DNA of 32,361 nt from Octopus bimaculoides (taxonomy: Eukaryota), in the NCBI RefSeq assembly GCF_001194135.2, contig NC_068982.1:32024051-32056411 (forward strand). The letters run 5' to 3'. Positions within the stretch are counted from its first letter, which is position 1. Every line of letters starts with the position of its first letter. Below the pieces are notes generated by a model. That model had not been told where the DNA came from. It made no database searches and saw only the letters and a program-made list of their open reading frames with translations. Of the stretch, positions 1 to 12,500 are shown in pieces. Both the position numbers and the translations under genes were made by a program.

Positions 1-300
1 GACCTGGAAATAGAGATAACTCGAATGTGGAATCTAAAAACAGAAACAATTCCTATCATAGTAGGTGCCTTAGGTATAATAAAAAAATATTCAGACAAAT
101 ACATAACAAAAACACCAGGACTTACAAATATATATAACATACAGAAAATTGCACTACTGGGTACTGCACACATTCTACGCAAAACACTTTCAATACAGTA
201 ACCATAAGAGCACCACAGCAAACCACAGTACATACCCAAGGCGCACAGAGCTGCGCTCGGTAGTGAAGTGAAAGCACTTTATAAAAATAAAACTACTGAA
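1..300 (+). mobile_element. 3' end of an RLE-type non-LTR retrotransposon (R4/Dong-like): ORF C-terminus (1-201) plus 3' UTR
   Basis: Frame 1 reads uninterrupted DLEIEITRMWNLKTETIPIIVGALGIIKKYSDKYITKTPGLTNIYNIQKIALLGTAHILRKTLSIQ* (TAA 199-201). This resembles the post-endonuclease C-terminal motif of R4/Dong elements (L..E..R.W......P..VGALG.........L.....IQK..LLGTAHILR..L). About 100 bp of UTR follows, with a GCGCA/TGCGC hairpin (241-256), and then (TAA)14. Confidence 0.85.
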
Positions 301-302
301 TG

Positions 303-303
<1 letters not shown>

Positions 304-345
<42 letters not shown>
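304..345 (+). repeat. (TAA)14 microsatellite, the tail/target of the upstream R4/Dong-like element
   Basis: Perfect taa x14 seen directly. Confidence 0.97.
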
Positions 346-346
<1 letters not shown>

Positions 347-1323
347 GCAATATATATAAATGCCAAATGTTTTGGTGAGTTACTTTTGCCCTACGCTGTA
401 TATATACATGCACATAGCCATATTGTCAATGTGATTTGATTATTTCACTTATTGTTCTAACAATTTTATACCAATACTTGTTGCTTCTCGCAGCTAAAAT
501 TTTATGCATTCTAAAACAACTTGGAAGCGTTGAATTAAAATGTGTAATGTTAATGAACACTTATGGCTGCGCAATGTCTTAATAATAAATAGGTAGTAAA
601 CAATGAAATTAATATACAAGTGACTAGTAAGCTTTGTCGGTGAAATCTTTCTCTAGTAAGAATTAGGGAAGTCCGATATCGTTGCTTTGAAAAGCTCAAT
701 GTGATCATCACATTTATAGACTAATTGCCGAAAACTCTTTCAACTAAGCAAATAGATTAGTGACCTCTTATTTTACAGTCATTACTGTCAATGACTGGCG
801 CGTATAGAAGCAATAAACTTAACACTACAGCCTTAACCAACAACATAGGCGACTCCAATTGTCTCTGAAAAATCTCTAATAAATTCAATTATTTTATTGT
901 ATTATATTTTCTTGTTAACGTTGGTAGTATTATATACAAGAATGTAATATATTATTTACTATTATAATATCCGTATCAATACCTTTAGTTTGTTTATTGA
1001 TAAACTTACGTCGATACATTTCCAAAGAAATGGTAAAATTATCTAAATTATATCCTTCTCAGATGTTTTAAAAACTTTAAGGCTTATCTTGAAATTTTAT
1101 GTCTTACGTAAATGAAATAAAGGTTGCAATAGAGCCAACAATTATAAACTGACACCTTTTTTATTGAAAATTTATAGAATTATTTTTGAAGCTGTTAGCA
1201 AGTTAATTGTTATAATTATATAGTTTCAGAGATGTTTTTATATCCACGAATAATATGCATTGGTTAAATGTGTGTGAATCAAGTACGTTCTAACACGGTA
1301 ATTTTAGTTCAACATTTCTCACG

Positions 1324-1539
1324 TACGAGGTGGTGCTGAAAAGTTCCTGACTTTGGATAAAAGAAAATACAGGATGATTAGTTAATTATGATTTTATTCA
1401 ACATATTCCCTTCTCAGATTCAACACTTATTGCAGCGATCCTTCAGTTTTCTAAGCCATGTAAGTGAACTCAGAATGTTGGGCGTCCAACCAGGCCTTTA
1501 GCGATACCTTTCAAGCCAGAAACTTTTCAGCTTCTGGTA
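1324..1539. mobile_element. Tc1/mariner-type MITE (about 215 bp, non-autonomous)
   Basis: Inverted terminal core gctgaaaagttcctgactt (1335-1353) matches the reverse complement of aagccagaaacttttcagc (1513-1531) at 17/19. The left end begins TA-CGAGG, typical of mariner; TA dinucleotides lie at 1324-1325 and 1538-1539. No ORF. Confidence 0.75.
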
Positions 1540-2925
1540 ACATATCTTTAAGAGGTGCCGTGCCCTGTGAGGTTTTTCCCATTTTCCATTGTATTTGAAC
1601 ATGAGTAGATATAAGTAGTTATAATCGAAAAGTGAAAACTAATTTTTGACTGCCTTCTGATAGCGTACCTATGTTATATGGTAATAAAATAAATAAGTAT
1701 TTTAATTTATTAGTGAGAGAAAATGTAGTTGAGAAGTTCACGTCTTTTTAGGGATACTTCATTTTTAGCTAAATGGCTTTTTTTTATTGAATTCCAAGTT
1801 AGTTGTTGAATCTGTTTATTGAAAATAACCTTAATCCTGTAACACTGGTTAATAGTTAGAAAATTAAGGATATGCTACATTTGAATTATTCATTTCCTTT
1901 ATGGCTAAATGAAATGTGTGAATTCTCTCCATTTTGTTTTAGTTGAGTAATATACGTCCTTTATTTTAAGTGCAATTATCCTAATTTAATGTAGAATGAT
2001 AAAACTATTTAAGGCCCTTTTAACGCCAGCTTAAGTATGGTAAAAGGTTGTGCTAAATTACGTATGTTAAACATTTTTGCAAAGAGAATCAAGAAGCAAT
2101 CATTAATGATATATGTGGAAATCCTGGATTATTTTAGTTATTCATTATAATTTGTTCCGGTAAGATGTCGTTTGTTTTGGTACAGACCCTATCAATTTTT
2201 AAGGAGATGCATCACGTTTGTTTCAAACAGTCGTACAAGGTTCTCGGCAGACTAATAACATAACATCATGGTGCTTTGACACACTTTTTACTTTCCTACA
2301 GGCTAAACTTTAAAGCTAAGCCCGTCATACAGTTTTACGGCATCTCCTTTACCATTTGTAGACTCCGGTACAACCTCCATCATCAGTAATTTGTAACAGT
2401 CGAACCACCCACCTCTCTGAAAAGCAAATATTTGAATCCAGTTCTGCTATCCAGTTTACACTCGACAATGGAAACTCAACCATAAACATTTGACTGCGCT
2501 TATGTAGATTTCACTCTCGTATCTCATCACATCTGTCACGTTGTTATCAGCAATGAGGATTTCTAGTCACCCAGGATTAAAATCTCTCTCCTCCATTCTT
2601 CCAAATACTTTTGCTATATCCCTGGTTTAAATACAGCTAATATTAATTTTCTATGGTAGAAACTGAGAAGAAGCAAATATTTCCCTTGCTGCAGTACCAA
2701 TCTATTTAAATAAATTTCACGTAAGTATTGGTATCTATTTCCACACATACTTAAAGGGGATTACATTCCCCAAGAATTCTAATTGTTACCTGACTGAAAT
2801 GATATTACATGATGGTAAAACGAATGGTAATAAAATTAATCTTGTGCTAATGTAATTAAATCTAGATTGAGATATTTGAAACTAGAAAATGAACTAGAAA
2901 AGGATGGACGCAATCATAAAATATT

Positions 2926-3092
2926 GGTTTCACATTTTGGTACAAGGCCAGCAATTTCGTGGGAGGAGATAGGTCGATGTGCTCAACTGCTACTTATTTT
3001 ATTGACCCCGAAAGGATGGAAAACAAGGCTGACCTCAGCAGAATTTGAACTCAGAACTTAAAGACAGACGAAATTCTGCTACGCATGTTGCC
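2926..3092 (-). mobile_element. tRNA-derived SINE (family A), decayed copy lacking the extreme 5' head
   Basis: The reverse complement contains gttctgagttcaaattctgctgaggtcagccttg (B-box GTTCAAAT) and ...ggggtcaataaaataagtagcagttgagc, homologous to the copies at 21566-21780, 23771-24005 and 28392-28592. Confidence 0.8.
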
Positions 3093-6000
3093 ACAGTCAT
3101 AAAATATTACTGTAGAAATACCATCAGAGAAAAGAAAAAGAGAAAGATACCTACCTTATAAACGTATCTGTTTTAGAAATTTACAACCGTACGTGAGCGA
3201 TGAGCTTCAGACATCAAGAGGTAAAATAGCTGCTCAGAAACTACGGCTTTTCCTTTCAGCTGAAATCATTTACATGAAATTAGGCGTCAGGTTAGTTACT
3301 TCCATAACGCAAATATATTGCATAAATGAACATTTTATATTCGTAATAACATATTGTTTACAGGTTTATTTCGAAAATTTTTCTGAATATATGAAATCCT
3401 ATAGATGCAAAACTAATTAAGTAGACATCTAATAAAAATTCTATTTATTTGATGGTAACAGAAGTATTTCACTTGACTCCCTTGAGGTAAATATTCAAAT
3501 GTGAGAAACCATTTTGAAAGTTATCATTTTAGTATTCATACGCTTCTTTTCTAAAATAGAGACATATACTTCTTTTTACAAACAAATTCATACCTGTTTC
3601 AAAATATTTTTCGGAAAAGTTAAATAGCGAATAACCAGACGGATTATATAACGTGATATTAGCTAAAGCTAGGCTTTAAGTGAAGCTAGTATATATGATG
3701 TCAGATGAGTCTCGAAACGATGCGTAAATAAGTTTGATATCGATGAGTATTTGTTAATAAAAATAATGATAATTATTATTTCAATTTTGGCATATGACCA
3801 ACAATTTTGGTCAGTTATTATCATCGGCTACTCTCTCTCCAAAACTGCTGGCATTTTATCAAAACCTGAAAATAGCAATACCAGCAATAATTCGAGATAC
3901 TTCCTACTATAGACACAAGGCCTGGAATTGGCCGTGTAGTGAATAGAGCGCTGAAAAAAATGTTTGTAAAATGACGAGGGTAATGGGTAACAAACGTCTG
4001 AGAAGTACTAGCCTTTCATGTCGATATAAAAAAGATCAACTTTTCAGAAATCAGAGAGTTCAAAAATCCAGTTATCATGGATATAGTTTTCGTTGTCATG
4101 TAGTAAGGGAATAAGTATGAACTTAATATTGTGAGATAAAAATAAACAGTTGCTATATACAAGTTATAATTAGACTATCGGGTAGATTGACAGAGGCACA
4201 AGCGATCAGGTCTGATGCTTCTATACGAGTAATTAACAATACATTGGAATATGGAATTAAGTTTGCAATATGCTCAGATGATGAGCTGGACGTCAATAGT
4301 AATTTCAATAACTTAGATTATCTTTGTTCGTGCAAAAGATAGTTGTAATAAGCGTATCGAAGATAACGAATAAATGGAGCGAACTTAGTGATCACTTACA
4401 TATTTTAGCAACCAAAAGATACCTAGAAGAATTCTTGCGGAATAACTTGTTCGATGCGTTATACTTCATGGCTGTAAAAATATAATAGGAACATAAATTC
4501 ATTAGATCAAGCATGATTAATTGGACATGCAACGTCAACTTTGGGTAAATATTAATTATTCTATCGAAATGATTATCCAAATAAGCAAATATTATCAGTG
4601 TTCATGAACAATTGGTCTAAGCTGAAGCAAGAGGGAGGACTCACAAAATCTCTAACAATAAGAGAATTAAATTTAAATGAAGACACACAGAGGTGTGGAG
4701 AGATAGTCTGCTCTTTGGATATTGATCTGACAAATTTGGATATGTTTCCATTATACTGGGCGTTCTCCACGAAGCAGAAGATTTTGTATAAAGAACATTC
4801 AATGGTTTAGCAAATTGAAATAATGACAGTAAAATTTCATATCGTTGCATTCTTCAGGAAGAACATATAATACAGGTTAACATGTCACAGGAGAGGACCG
4901 CAAATATTTTTCAATTGAATAAATTTATTACCATCATGCGAAAATCACTGGATTTAATTAAAATGTATTTTCAAACGACGTGAGTGACAAATCTCGAGAC
5001 AAAAAAAATTATTTTAAATTGGGACATACAGACCTATGGCGCTAAGAATGATCTTTGATCACAGTTGTATCAAGTTTGGACATCTTTTAGTCTTATTGGA
5101 ACTCCTCAGCTAAAGTCTACGCATCTTACAGCTTTGTGGGGACTTTTGGTAAGCATTTAATAGTCTACGCTTCACGGAGGGAGCTCAATAAAATCGAAAC
5201 GTAAAGCGTGCGGAGTTAACTCTATTGTTGTTAAAGATCAACCTTACACAGCATTGACATGCATGCATCAATTTAATATAAATGCTTACTTCGTTTAATT
5301 TTGGGAAGACCTATTCTTTGTTACAGATGATAATGACATTTTTTGCCATTCGTATTATGATTTCAAATAATTAAAGAGTCTTTTTCGGTTATCATGTGAA
5401 ACATTTTATTTTATACATGTATCGTCTTTCATTTTTCTGCATGCGAGTTTCTGTGTTTGATTTAAATAGAGGATTATTCCTTTATACGTATTTTATATTT
5501 AGTACAATTTTGTTTAATTTGTTATATTTTCTTTCAGTTTGAGATGATGTTTATGTATGACTGACTTTATGTATGACTATGTGTACTTTTATGTATAAAA
5601 ATGTGTATTTGTGTATGTACGCTTGCATGCTTTACAGGAAGATATAATTAAAAAGGAAAAAAAAACTAAAATAAAAGCTAGATAGTAGCAAAAATATTTA
5701 CCAAAGTCTTTTCGTTAGCCCACAATAACTTCAATGTAATTTGCTACAGACTCACTTAATTTTAACAATATCTAACCGAAAGTTTGCACTGATTTGCATC
5801 CAGAATGTTACTTGTTTAATTAATTAATAGTCTTTGTTGTGTCATCTCTTCATCTTTCTATGCTAATATTTTTACGTCTGCTACGTTTACTGTTTTGATG
5901 TTGTGGTTGTAATTATTGCTACTGCTGATGATGCTACTACTGTAGCTGAAATAAAAATAAACAATATATTAATGAGTGACAGACACTGTTGAAATATAGT

Positions 6001-6929
6001 AGCGTGATCAAGAATAATAATTTCTTGTGTAGTTTGTAGAAATGTTATTTAGTGTAATAATACAGTGAAGTGCTATGATGTATAACATAATGTTTGAGCA
6101 CGTAAATCATTTTAATTACTTAGAAGTGTAATGTGGTACAGCGTAATATATATGAGTATACTAATGGAAAATTTGTATGCAATTTAATGTTTAGAAACGT
6201 TCAAATATTTTCATATTTTAATATGGCCAGAGCGTTCTCCATTTGTCCAATGATTCGAAACTTTTATTGCTTGGTCTGTTAGTATTTATTCGTCGTGTCG
6301 TCATGTTCAACACTGAATGGAGATAGAAAATGTTGTCGGAATCATTTTATTACTTTAGCTAGTGTTGTTTTTGTACAGTTTTCTTATATGCTACCGATTA
6401 TATTTTTTGTAACGATGGAACATTGTGCAAGAAGTTCTAGACTCATAGATCTGTGATAACATGCATACAATAAAACATATATCTTATTGGAATAAGAACA
6501 TTTGCTTAATTGCCTCATAATAAATTAGTTCCATCTCCCATAGTTGTGAGTTTAAACCTTTCTGATTTTGTCCTTTCTATTCTACTCTTCAAATGCTGAT
6601 AAATAGTTTGCCAATAAGGAACGTTCCAGTATACAACATTCTTCGCTTTTCAAATATTAACTGCGTGCTAAAGAGATATATCAATACTTTGCCACAAACA
6701 TTGAAAGATAAAAAGATAAAAGGGGTTTATTTCCATAGTTTATAACAAGCATCTACAAACCACGGATCTCCTTATGAATATAGGCTATTCAATTTGCCTT
6801 GCAAAATGTAATCATAACAGGGATTTGCTCTTGAAACTTTTGTTGTCTTCAACAAAATTTCCCATTCTAACTTTTCTAATTTGTTTAATTTTTTTAATTT
6901 TTATTTTATAAAATACTTTCGGCTAAGTA

Positions 6930-7830
6930 AATTTGCGTTGCTGGTGTCTTTTTTTCTGTCATAATGTAATCCAGCAGTTGGACGTTACCTGAGATAAATA
7001 TTGTCTATAGGAATACTAATTATCTATGCTGTTTATAGAGTAAAATGATAACCGTATTTGTAAAAACATCTTTTTGTGTCGCATAAGCAGCTTGAGAACC
7101 GACAACTTGACGACGCATTGCTTGGCTACAGCGAGTGTTCATTCCAATTTGGAATATTCAGATAAACGAGGTTTATCCGCTTTCCGATCTTTATTCGTTT
7201 GACAACCGTAAGACAGGAAGCAACTTTCCCTGATATTCACTATTATAAAATGAAATATAAAATATACTCTCTGTATAACCATAGATTTGCTTAGTAGCAT
7301 TTTCATATAAAATTACTTCTACTTAACTTATATGTTGGTCTCTCTTCGAAAATGGAATGCATTTTGGTAGATCCTTTTTAATTTTGTTTTTAACACATAC
7401 ATAGAAACAGTTATATTCATGTATACATATTCCCTCGTTTCTAGCTCTTCTTGCATGAGAAAAATTATCTTTGTGTCTTATTAATACGTCAAAATAAAAA
7501 CCTTTTACTTGATTCCCTCAGCCTCACCAAATAAGTAACATGACTTCCGTTTTCCGTGTTGATATTATCGTTTGCCACTGATCTGCTTTGATTGTGATAG
7601 CAGTGAAATCATCTGTAATTCACTCTAATGAATATACAAGTATTCCAGTGTGCATAAACTAATCAAGTCACACTTACACAAACGACAAACTGAAAACTAT
7701 GATATTGCTGTTGTCCTTTAACCAAAGTCATCTTTGTTCTTTTCATTTCATCTGTAACCATTTCGTGTTTATCAATCAAAATATATCTAGGTATTTGTCT
7801 GTCCTTTAAAAGAGAATAGGATGATATTTG
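6930..7830 (-). mobile_element. Heavily decayed RTE-clade LINE reverse transcriptase/C-terminal remnant
   Basis: Minus-strand motifs occur in the expected order across frameshifts: TDDFTAITIKADQWQTII (about 7615-7560; YADD-like), KLLPV../LSYGCQT (about 7235-7200; cf. VLPVLTYGCETW), LAVAK/AMRRQVVG (about 7135-7095; cf. LAVAQRAMER), AG(H/Y)IM (about 6980-6960; cf. WAGHIMR). Confidence 0.5.
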
Positions 7831-8769
7831 ATGAGGATGAGGATTCGGCTGCCATTTCTAGCAAACCAAATGACTACAAAGATGCTCCCTTCACTATATT
7901 TTAAAACGAAATGAAACATGAAATAATAATTAGATAATATTCATATATCAGAGTACAGAAGTTTATCAGAACTACATCAATTAAAAGACAGGAAGCTATA
8001 TTAAATTCTAATGGTGATATGTTGATAGATTTTAATTCGCGTCTTCCTACTGAGAATTATGAGCAATAAAATAACAGTCGACTGCTTTCCTGTGGAGATG
8101 TACCTTTACTGAAACAGCATTTAATCAACAATTGCCATAGATATGTATACTAGATGGTGATGCAGGGAAAGGGAGTGGAAAATAGCAGACATACAACAGC
8201 CACTAATAAATACTGCATTATTTAATTATATTGTTATTGTCAAATTAATAAATTACTAGTGCATCTGTCATGTGAAACTCGTAATAAAAATTGCTGATAT
8301 AAACATTGGGATTACTGATAAAGCTTTTCTTAAAATCATTCATTCATGCCATCGCTATCATAAATTGTCTTGCAATTAGCAACACCTTCACATTTGTTAC
8401 CACTATCACCATTAACAAGAAGAACAGTAATAACGATGATAATAGAATTCCAGCCATGAGCTCAACACCCTTACCACCAATACTAAAATAAACTCAGTTC
8501 ACCATGAAATATTTCACCATACAAATCAATAAGAATCATTTCAAACATAATTCAGACACACCACAGTAAACATTAATAATACTGCTAACACCCTATTAAT
8601 CATCAACTTATCCCGCAACAATCTCACTCCACCATCATTACAGTTTCATCATAATTTCAATAATAACACCATTATGACAAATTGCGTCTTGCTACAAACA
8701 CATCATCGTCTTTCTCCTCACTAACTCGAAACAACGTAATAGACAAATCTTCATCAAAATAACCATACA

Positions 8770-9130
8770 GATTTTTTAATCTTTCGGCTTTCATTTGCTA
8801 ACATGGATCGAATCAGTGTACCATGTAGCATATTGTTATTCATTTCAACATTTTGATATCACTTTTATGAGATACATGATACCAAGTTGCGATCTTACCA
8901 CTTATTCCTCTATCATCGTTGGTTTCTGTTTTCCATGTTTACCTTTCAATGAGAGTGTTGAACACTTTTACCTTGCATCTTTGCGTACATTCCCATCGCA
9001 GGTTTATAGCAACGTAGTCGTCTCCCATGCATGCACTGACTGCTAATTTCAATGTCCAACAGCTCTTTAATTTAACATTGACTGCAAATTCTCCGTAAAT
9101 AACATGGCATGTTCAAACTAGCAGTAAGAT
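8770..9130 (-). mobile_element. RTE-clade LINE 3' end remnant
   Basis: Minus strand reads IKELLDIEISSQCMHGRRLRCY, then after a frameshift KCSTLSLKGKHGKQKPTMIEE*VVRSQLGIM. This parallels the RTE C-terminus LREKL.IR.IRC.VQERRLRWY...KC..L.VEG..GRGRPRKTW.EVV. Confidence 0.65.
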
Positions 9131-9263
9131 CCATTCAAATTACAAGCTACTGCGTTAAAAAAGGATATATTTAACAAGGTAAACACTAATTCAAAGCAGA
9201 TGTGAATTTTATATTGAAAATGGTATTCCTTTTCCAACATGACAAAGTGGTATGAAGAGACAC

Positions 9264-9497
9264 TGTAAAGTCAGGCAGTGAGTCATTGTAGGAGTTCGGT
9301 AGTAGTAGAGTCGTTGTACGAGTTCTCAGTTGGAGTCAGTGTCAGTTACGTAATATATATACGAGTTCGAGTTACCGTCAAGGTTGACGTATCAAAGTCA
9401 TTTTTCTTGTGGAGCTATCAGCGATAGCACGATAGGCAGGTTAAAGATTCGACGCGGAATACTACCGCAGCATAATAGTGGTGACAAGAATATTACA
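9264..9497 (-). mobile_element. LTR-like segment (possible 3' LTR of the adjacent Gypsy-like fragment)
   Basis: A 234 bp segment bounded by TGTAA...TTACA, with a TATA-like tatatatta on the minus strand, lying about 20 bp downstream of the integrase-like fragment. No PPT or TSD seen. Confidence 0.35.
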
Positions 9498-9515
9498 GTG
9501 CCAAGAATTTTCTAT

Positions 9516-9880
9516 TTACATCATCATATATTTTACGCATGCTTCACCTAATTTACATTCTTTATGATTGAAATAACCATTCCTTGTCAATAGAAGTAGC
9601 ACATTTTTCTCTCTCTGGCTATTCTTGTCTCTAGCTCCAGCCTTGTTTACCAAGCACTCATATCGCTCTTCACCTTGCTTGATGTGTCTCATCAACAAGA
9701 TCGTACGAGTAACGATAATTCTTTCTTTCCATAACAACAATCCATCGGATTCTCTCTGTAATAAATCTTTTTGCTCTAGCAAGCATGAATTTACCGACAC
9801 ATACTCTGGAAAATTCACTTGTATCCACTCCTTCAGTCTCATAAAGAAGGAAGACGTTGTGATAAACACTACGGCCCTTC
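9516..9880 (-). mobile_element. Ty3/Gypsy-like pol fragment (RNase H-integrase linker / H2C2 zinc-binding region), frameshifted
   Basis: ORF 9516-9869 has LKEWIQVNFPE...ESDGLLLWKERIIV (cf. L...I..GWP...DGLLL...RIIVP). Neighbouring frames give DLVDETHQ (first His), TRIARE..CYFY*QGM (cf. ARES.YWPGM) and CKLGEACVKY (CxxC-like). Confidence 0.6.
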
Positions 9881-10339
9881 CTCTCTGGATTCTTTCTCAA
9901 AATTAAGGAGAAAAGAAATAGTAAAATTCCTTTGAATAATTTTAACTAATAACTTTCAATAGCAATTTAATTGGCACAAATTCAGTGTTGGTATTACAAG
10001 TAGGAGCCAAACACATATGTGACCTTTACATATATATTACTGGAATATATGTTGTGAACTTCTATGATCAGAAATACAAACATCCGATTATTCGTTAAAA
10101 TCACATAACATTTAAGTGTAAATAAGAAATATATATTTATTATAGATATAGATATACATAAATGCATGCATATATACATATATATATATATGCATTCCAT
10201 GTTTGCCTCGAGTTCACTGCTTTATGAGACAAAGGATTTCCTGATTTTCGAGATAACTTCATTGACAAAACGTCGCTCTGAAAGTGAGGCCATTCTGTCG
10301 TATCCAGCTGTCACTGATACTCATTTTCAGATGAGTAGA

Positions 10340-10600
10340 CAAGAGTAATGCAAAATGGCGTATCTTGGTCTTCACGATCATCCGTCCAATTTCATCAACT
10401 ATAGACCACATCCCTTAGCTACATACTCATACATTAAGCCAACCTTCCGCACTGTTGACAAAGCTGGAGTATCATCTCCTAATGTAGCAATCAAGTCAGC
10501 ATGAATGTCCTTGGGAACTAAACCTTTTGTCTGCGGGTACTTATTAACATCAAGAGGCTACATTTTTGTCGATTTCCAAGAGAAGTCGCTACTAGTTCCC
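10340..10600 (-). mobile_element. Mariner transposase remnant (N-terminal HTH region, internally deleted)
   Basis: Minus strand reads KYPQTKGLVPKDIHADLIATLGDDTPALSTVRK, matching the mariner N-terminus (VIKYL..KGL.PK.IH.D...TLGD.AP..STV.KW). It then jumps to a degenerate EYVAKG / KLDG segment. Confidence 0.75.
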
Positions 10601-10952
10601 TTTGAAATTTTTGAACAGTTAGCTGTTAATTTACCTGGACAAAAAAACAATGCCGTTATTAATAAGAGGAGTTGAAATGAATGCACGCAAGATTTCACAG
10701 TTCTAGCACAACTACTTCATAGCCAGCCTATGTGCTTTTCAGCCAGATACCACAAATCATATAAATATATATTAGTGTATTATATGCTTGGGTAATAATA
10801 ATTGCTTATTTTTCTGAAGTAAATATATAAATGCGTTTCATTGACTTTACATGCAGGCATAGATTGTTGGGAGTTTGCATACCTTTATACCTTTATCTGT
10901 ATCTGTGTGTATGAGTGTGAAGCGCGGGTGTATGTATGTATACATAGATATA

Positions 10953-10954
<2 letters not shown>

Positions 10955-11004
<50 letters not shown>
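10955..11004 (+). repeat. (TG)25 microsatellite
   Basis: Seen directly. Confidence 0.97.
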
Positions 11005-11005
<1 letters not shown>

Positions 11006-12050
11006 ACGTGTATATGTATGTATACATAGATCTCACTGTGTGTGTGCTCTTGAGAAAGTACGTATATATGTCCAATGTTTTCATGCCCAGTATTTTCAAA
11101 AATTCATTTTCTCAAAGGTTAGGAAATTGATGGAATAAAGGTAGCAGACAATGCAAAATAGTTGATTTTCTTGACTTTCTGAACGATTAGATACTTGATC
11201 CTTTATTCGTTCTGTAAAATGATACCTGTTTTCAGCAGATCAAGCAGTCATACATCGGGACGTCTCTCGTTTCAAGGCCACTGCCTTTACTTGGTTCCTC
11301 GATCTACAGAAAATAAGAGCCAAATTTCCTTCAATTCAATTCATCTCATTTTAGAATGAAAATCATACGGAATTTAACAGACGTTGAAACATGAAAATTT
11401 TTTGGATGCTTAACGAAGGAACTGTTTCATTTTAAATCTACATACTGCAGCAAATAGCAAATGTATTAATTTACAAATAGTAATCCGTTCTACACAAATA
11501 TTTCATATTGCGGTATACTTATGAATTTTCTACTTTAGGTTCCAAATTTAAGCATCATATTTATGGAAGAATTTGTGCATACTGAATTAGGCCTTAAGAG
11601 CTGATGAAAAAGCAGCGATAAAGATTAAATGATTTAAAGAAGATTAAAGCACATTAATTAGAAAAAGCTTTTAAAGGGATGCTCAACAAGAAGCGTAGTT
11701 ATATGTGGTATATAAAAAATAGTTCACAGTAATCAAATATTCAAACGTGTTTATATACTTCAATATTTTCTGACATATTCAAATATAAGTTTTAAAATAA
11801 ATTCCATTAAATCTTACAGACAAGCATGGAAATAGGAGGTATACCATTTGACCAAAACAGTTATTAAGATTTAAAAAAAACAAAGAAAATAATTTGATGA
11901 GTTTATTAAGCACTTTTACAATATATGTGTATAGAAAGTGTGAAGTTACATATATGTAGAAAACGTATAATTACATATGTAGCGTAGTAAGCATTCATAT
12001 ATGCATAAATCCATATATACATTCATGTGTGCACATTGTGCGTCTATAGC

Positions 12051-12062
12051 TGTGTGTGTGTG

Positions 12063-12111
<49 letters not shown>

Positions 12112-12125
12112 GTGTGTTTGTGTGT
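12051..12125 (+). repeat. Interrupted (TG)n microsatellite
   Basis: Seen directly. Confidence 0.95.
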
Positions 12126-12259
12126 ACACTTTACATATAATAATTATGCGTATCTGCGTCCCATTGGAAGCAGTTGGTGACAAGAAAAGTTTCATATTGT
12201 GTCAAATATAAAAGAATATTAATCAGAAACAATAAAGCAACAACAAAGTGAATGAGCAC

Positions 12260-12455
12260 AATAACGATGAAGACGACGATGGTGACGACGATGGTGACGA
12301 CGATGGGATGGTGATTGCGACAATGATGACAACGCTGAAGACGACAATGAAGATGACGATGAAGACAGTCAGGAGAATGGGGTGCAGTAAAATAATCATG
12401 ATGATGACAATGGTGGTAATGATGACGACGACGACGACGACGACGACGATGATGT

Positions 12456-12500
<45 letters not shown>

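Noticed and set aside
2330-2640. Higher-complexity segment that looks like an interspersed repeat
   Set aside because: No second copy, terminus or protein motif is demonstrable within the window.
3260-3290. 31 bp plus-strand micro-exon candidate (ttttcctttcag|…|gttagt; AEIIYMKLGV)
   Set aside because: Short, asymmetric phase, no partner exon or homology; expected by chance.
4598-4850. Overlapping 65-70 aa ORFs on both strands
   Set aside because: No recognisable motif or splice context; the length is within chance.
6400-6880. Possible CR1-type LINE C-terminus on the minus strand (MGNFVEDNKSFK; NVVYWNVPY; WEMELIYYEAIKQMFLF)
   Set aside because: The resemblance to DLGV..D..L.F / VVW.PY / L.Y.ERL..L is too weak by eye to call; it needs a profile search.
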